Shown piece after piece: positions 60,903-64,000 of a DNA stretch of 64,000 bases. A model generated the notes under the pieces. The model saw nothing but the letters and a program-made list of their open reading frames with translations, was not told the DNA's origin and did not search any database. The translations under genes and the position numbers were made by a program. Numbering within the stretch: position 1 is the stretch's first letter; each line of letters opens with the position of its first letter. The DNA is from Selaginella moellendorffii (lineage: Eukaryota > Plantae > Lycopodiophyta). Where the stretch lies: NCBI RefSeq assembly GCF_000143415.4, contig NW_003314318.1:310001-374000 (forward strand), read 5' to 3'.

Positions 60903-61605
60903 CTAAATAATAGAGATTAGAAGATCCTTAGCAAAGAAATTCTCATTCATACATACATACCTTGCCACGATTGAAACCTAAACAGAATGAAGAAAAAACT
61001 AAATTTAGTATGATCAATTATCTTATCCTCATAATCGTTCCTAATTAAGCTATAAGATTTTTTCATGATTTTTACTAGAATAAGTAATGGTTCTGACTAA
61101 ATTATAAACATGCATTAGTAAACTAGGTGTTATACAAATCATCGGATATCTTTGGTTTGGTTATCTCTAAATAACTTATTGCATTATTATTTTGATGCAA
61201 AGCATGATTAAAGCATTTTATTTACGTAAATTGCATTTCATCATGCTGTCGTTTGAAAAAAGATCTCCAAAGCAATGACGAGTGTGTGACAAGAGCATGA
61301 CATCACCACCAATCGCAAACGACTCCCTTGCCTTCCCCAAAATCCATACGTCAATAAGTCTGGAACTTCCAAAGCAAAGCTCCTCCCCGAGGGCCATATA
61401 AATAAGTATCCCCCGTCCCCACTTCCACATATATTTCCCCTTGTCTGGATCCCTCTCTCCCTCTCTTCCTTTCACTTGCGCGGCTGCTTCACTCCAGATT
61501 TCTTCGTTTGATCTCATCTATCCGGTTCTTCCGCCTGTGAATTGCCAATCTTGGAGTGGAGGACAATGCGTTTCTCGAGTAGCAGCAGCAACGGTCTCGC
61601 TCATC

Positions 61606-61980
61606 ATGGCTTTTAGCTTTGATTCGTCGGCGTCAAGCCCGGAAGAGGTGACTTCCAAGCTCCACACGACTCCACAGTTGCTTCACACGCTCATCCACCA
61701 GTGCCCCGTGCTTGTCATCTGTGCAAGCTCTTGCTGCGTGAGCCTGGTTGTGAGGGAGCTCTTCTCCAAGCTGGGAGTTTGTCCCACTTTGTTTGATATC
61801 GATACCGACTGCGAGGATGGAGTAGAGGTAGAAAGACTTTTAGCGAACTTAGCAGGGAGTAAACAGCCGATACCTCTGATTTTTGTTGGGGGAAAGCTCG
61901 TCGGAGGACTGGATCGATTGATGGCTGATCACATCAGTGGCAGGCTCCTCCGCCAGCTGAGCGAGGCCAACGCTTTCTAA
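61606..61980 (+). CDS. CC-type glutaredoxin (ROXY-like), intronless
   Basis: SSCCVS active site, P.IFVGGKLVGGLDRLMADHISG, and TATA-like TATAAATA near 61397. Confidence 0.9.
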   Translation: MAFSFDSSASSPEEVTSKLHTTPQLLHTLIHQCPVLVICASSCCVSLVVRELFSKLGVCPTLFDIDTDCEDGVEVERLLANLAGSKQPIPLIFVGGKLVGGLDRLMADHISGRLLRQLSEANAF

Positions 61981-62172
61981 CGATGGAAAAGCTCAGAAGA
62001 AAAGATAAAAAAACGAAATGTTTTTGTACCTTGTGGCAGCAGACTTCCTCCCATGGAACACTCCACTGCACCAAACATAAAAAAATAGAAGAAAAACACA
62101 CCGAGAACCAACCAGCTGGTTAGCATTAAAAACAATGTGGTACCACACTCCCTCCTCATTTAGTATTTTTTA

Positions 62173-64000
62173 TCAGCCATAGCCCCGAGACACGCTGAAA
62201 GGCTCCACGCGCGTCACGATGGGCTTGAAGCAACCTCGCTGTCCCTCACACACGTTTAATCCCTGCTCGCTGGCCTCTGCTGCCTCGTTGGACCTGGCCT
62301 TTTTCAGCGTGCTCTTGATCAGATCTTGGAGGTTGATCTCGAGTAGAACCGGGAGAATCCTGCTCGGAGCAGCAGGCAAGTCAACCGCGGCACCATTTTT
62401 CATCGCTGCATCATCGTGACTTAGTCCTCCAGCCCGCTCATTGTCCGACTTGTTGCTGGAAGTGCCAGCCGAGGAAGTAACTCGGTCACACGAGGCCTCG
62501 TCTCCTGATACGTCACCGTCCAGCCGACGGCTTCCCCGAGATCTGTCGTCTTTCACGTCCCACGTTGACTCGTCCGTCTCGTCCAGGCGTGGCTTGACGT
62601 TGCGCCCCTGTTGCTGTGACATTGCTGTACCAACGCGTGACAGACCAGTGTGATAGTCATCGTGATTGTTATCGTTGCCACTCGAGTTCTCTTTCTTCTC
62701 GACGGGAACAGTGTCCATGGCACCCCACCTTCCATCTGGCCAGATTAAAACCGCTGGAATATTGCCAGGCAACGCTTTGAGTATCCTGGAGATAGAAAAC
62801 AGTGAGCAGGTAGTTTGAACGATGACAAACACAGCGAATAAAAAATCTGGGAAAATCTGGGGGAGGAGATTGCGACAAGCCGACAACTTCACCTTAAAAT
62901 AAAGCCGTCCACTACGATCTGGGGCCAAGTGGCATCAGAGCCACAATATGGACATCGCCACATTGTAGCTTCTGTTTGTTTATCAATACCAGCTGCAAGC
63001 TCCGCATTTTCCTGAAAATTATGCCATCAGCGTACGTCAGGAAACACATGTTAGCGATCGAGAATATAATCACCTTCAAGTAGCACTCCAAGTCAAAGCA
63101 AGTTAAGTGCGTGCATGAGATTCCTCGTGCAGGGACCTGGAGACAGTATCACTGTTAATTACGAAAACTCTTTCCAGGAAACTTCTATTCCATCCACCTT
63201 TAAACGCGACCCAGATAATGGGCACTGCGTAGAGACTGTAAAACAGGACATAGAATTATCGGGATATTTAAAAGAGAGGAAGACACTCTTACCGGGTACT
63301 GCAGTAGCGTCGATGCAAGGAGCAGGATTCTTTTTGAAAGAAGGTAGAATCTGTCGTTCGCGCAGAGCCCGTCGAACCTGCTCGGAAGGAATGTGATATG
63401 AATCAGGCATACAGTTCCACTCCAGGTAATTAATGTTACCAACCAGCGCATTCACTCCTTCGGACAGCACCAACTCGTTACTCAATTTCTCGTCGTTGTA
63501 AACTGCGTATTCATCGGACGAACTTGACAAGGACGGATCATCCGCTTTTCTGGCACGCTGATTGTCACTTTGCATGGGCTGCCAACAAACAAGTCGTGCT
63601 CAAACCCAAGAGAGCATTAAAGAACAGTTGTTACCATGCTCGTTTCGAGAAGAGGTAGATTGTTTCGTGGTTTTGACCGTCTCTCCAGCCATGTCCCTGC
63701 CTTTTGTCGCACTTGCTTGCACTGGTATATGCGTTCTTCGAGAATCTCCCACTGGAAAGGAGAGAAACACGCCCAGCTCTTCTCAAGTGCACTACACAGG
63801 ATGTCCACAGACTTTAGGACCTGAGAGTAAAATACATTAGAAAAAACTAACAGTATGAGTTATGTTGTTGAGAAGAAGATCTATAAAGCTTACCTCCGAG
63901 TCAGGCAGGATGTTAAGCGTTTGGCACACAAGACTACAACATATGACGGGAAGTATCGCGACTATGGCGGTAAAAAGAAAGCGTTGCAAAGCTTGCGGAG
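62173..64000 (-). CDS. MIZ/SP-RING zinc finger protein (SIZ/PIAS-like SUMO E3 domain); 5' part outside window
   Basis: Spliced exons give VSTQCPLSGSRLK-VPARGISCTHLTCFDLECYLK-...WRCPYC...IVVDGFIL-RILK...IWPDGRW. Confidence 0.85.

Overview
This is eukaryotic nuclear DNA from a compact land-plant genome. It has very short (about 45-70 nt) GT-AG introns, tightly packed genes, PLS-class PPR genes and a nuclear-encoded plastid rpl32, which best fits a lycophyte such as Selaginella (inference, not verified). The first ~19 kb is an accessory, transposon-rich block. It holds a tandem array of a small Cassandra-like TRIM carrying 5S rRNA-derived sequence. A full-length Ty3/gypsy chromovirus (1419-8935) has inserted into that 5S-like segment. 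Further along are a Crinkler/RHS-like NTPase+REase gene, an Aquarius pseudogene fragment and an intronless Fic-domain gene. The most striking observation is that the chromovirus integrase is split by two canonical-looking spliceosomal introns (6489-6535, 6954-7005). Intron 1 separates the catalytic Glu from the D,D residues. The element also has a highly structured 3' UTR with two tRNA T-loop/B-box hairpins and shares 12 of its first 13 nt with the TRIM, making it a candidate autonomous partner. The remaining ~45 kb is gene-dense: rpl32, DCAF4-like WD40, OSB, SEC61a, CRF, an ankyrin protein, a TARG1/OARD1 macrodomain, DnaJ, two PPRs, SAP18, a SAC51-like bHLH with its conserved uORF, an SRPBCC protein, a HECATE-like bHLH, eIF4B, a USP-like protein, tandem UBC genes, two Dof-like genes, a CC-type glutaredoxin and a partial SP-RING protein. 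Exon boundaries were read by eye, and family calls come from remembered motifs, not database searches.
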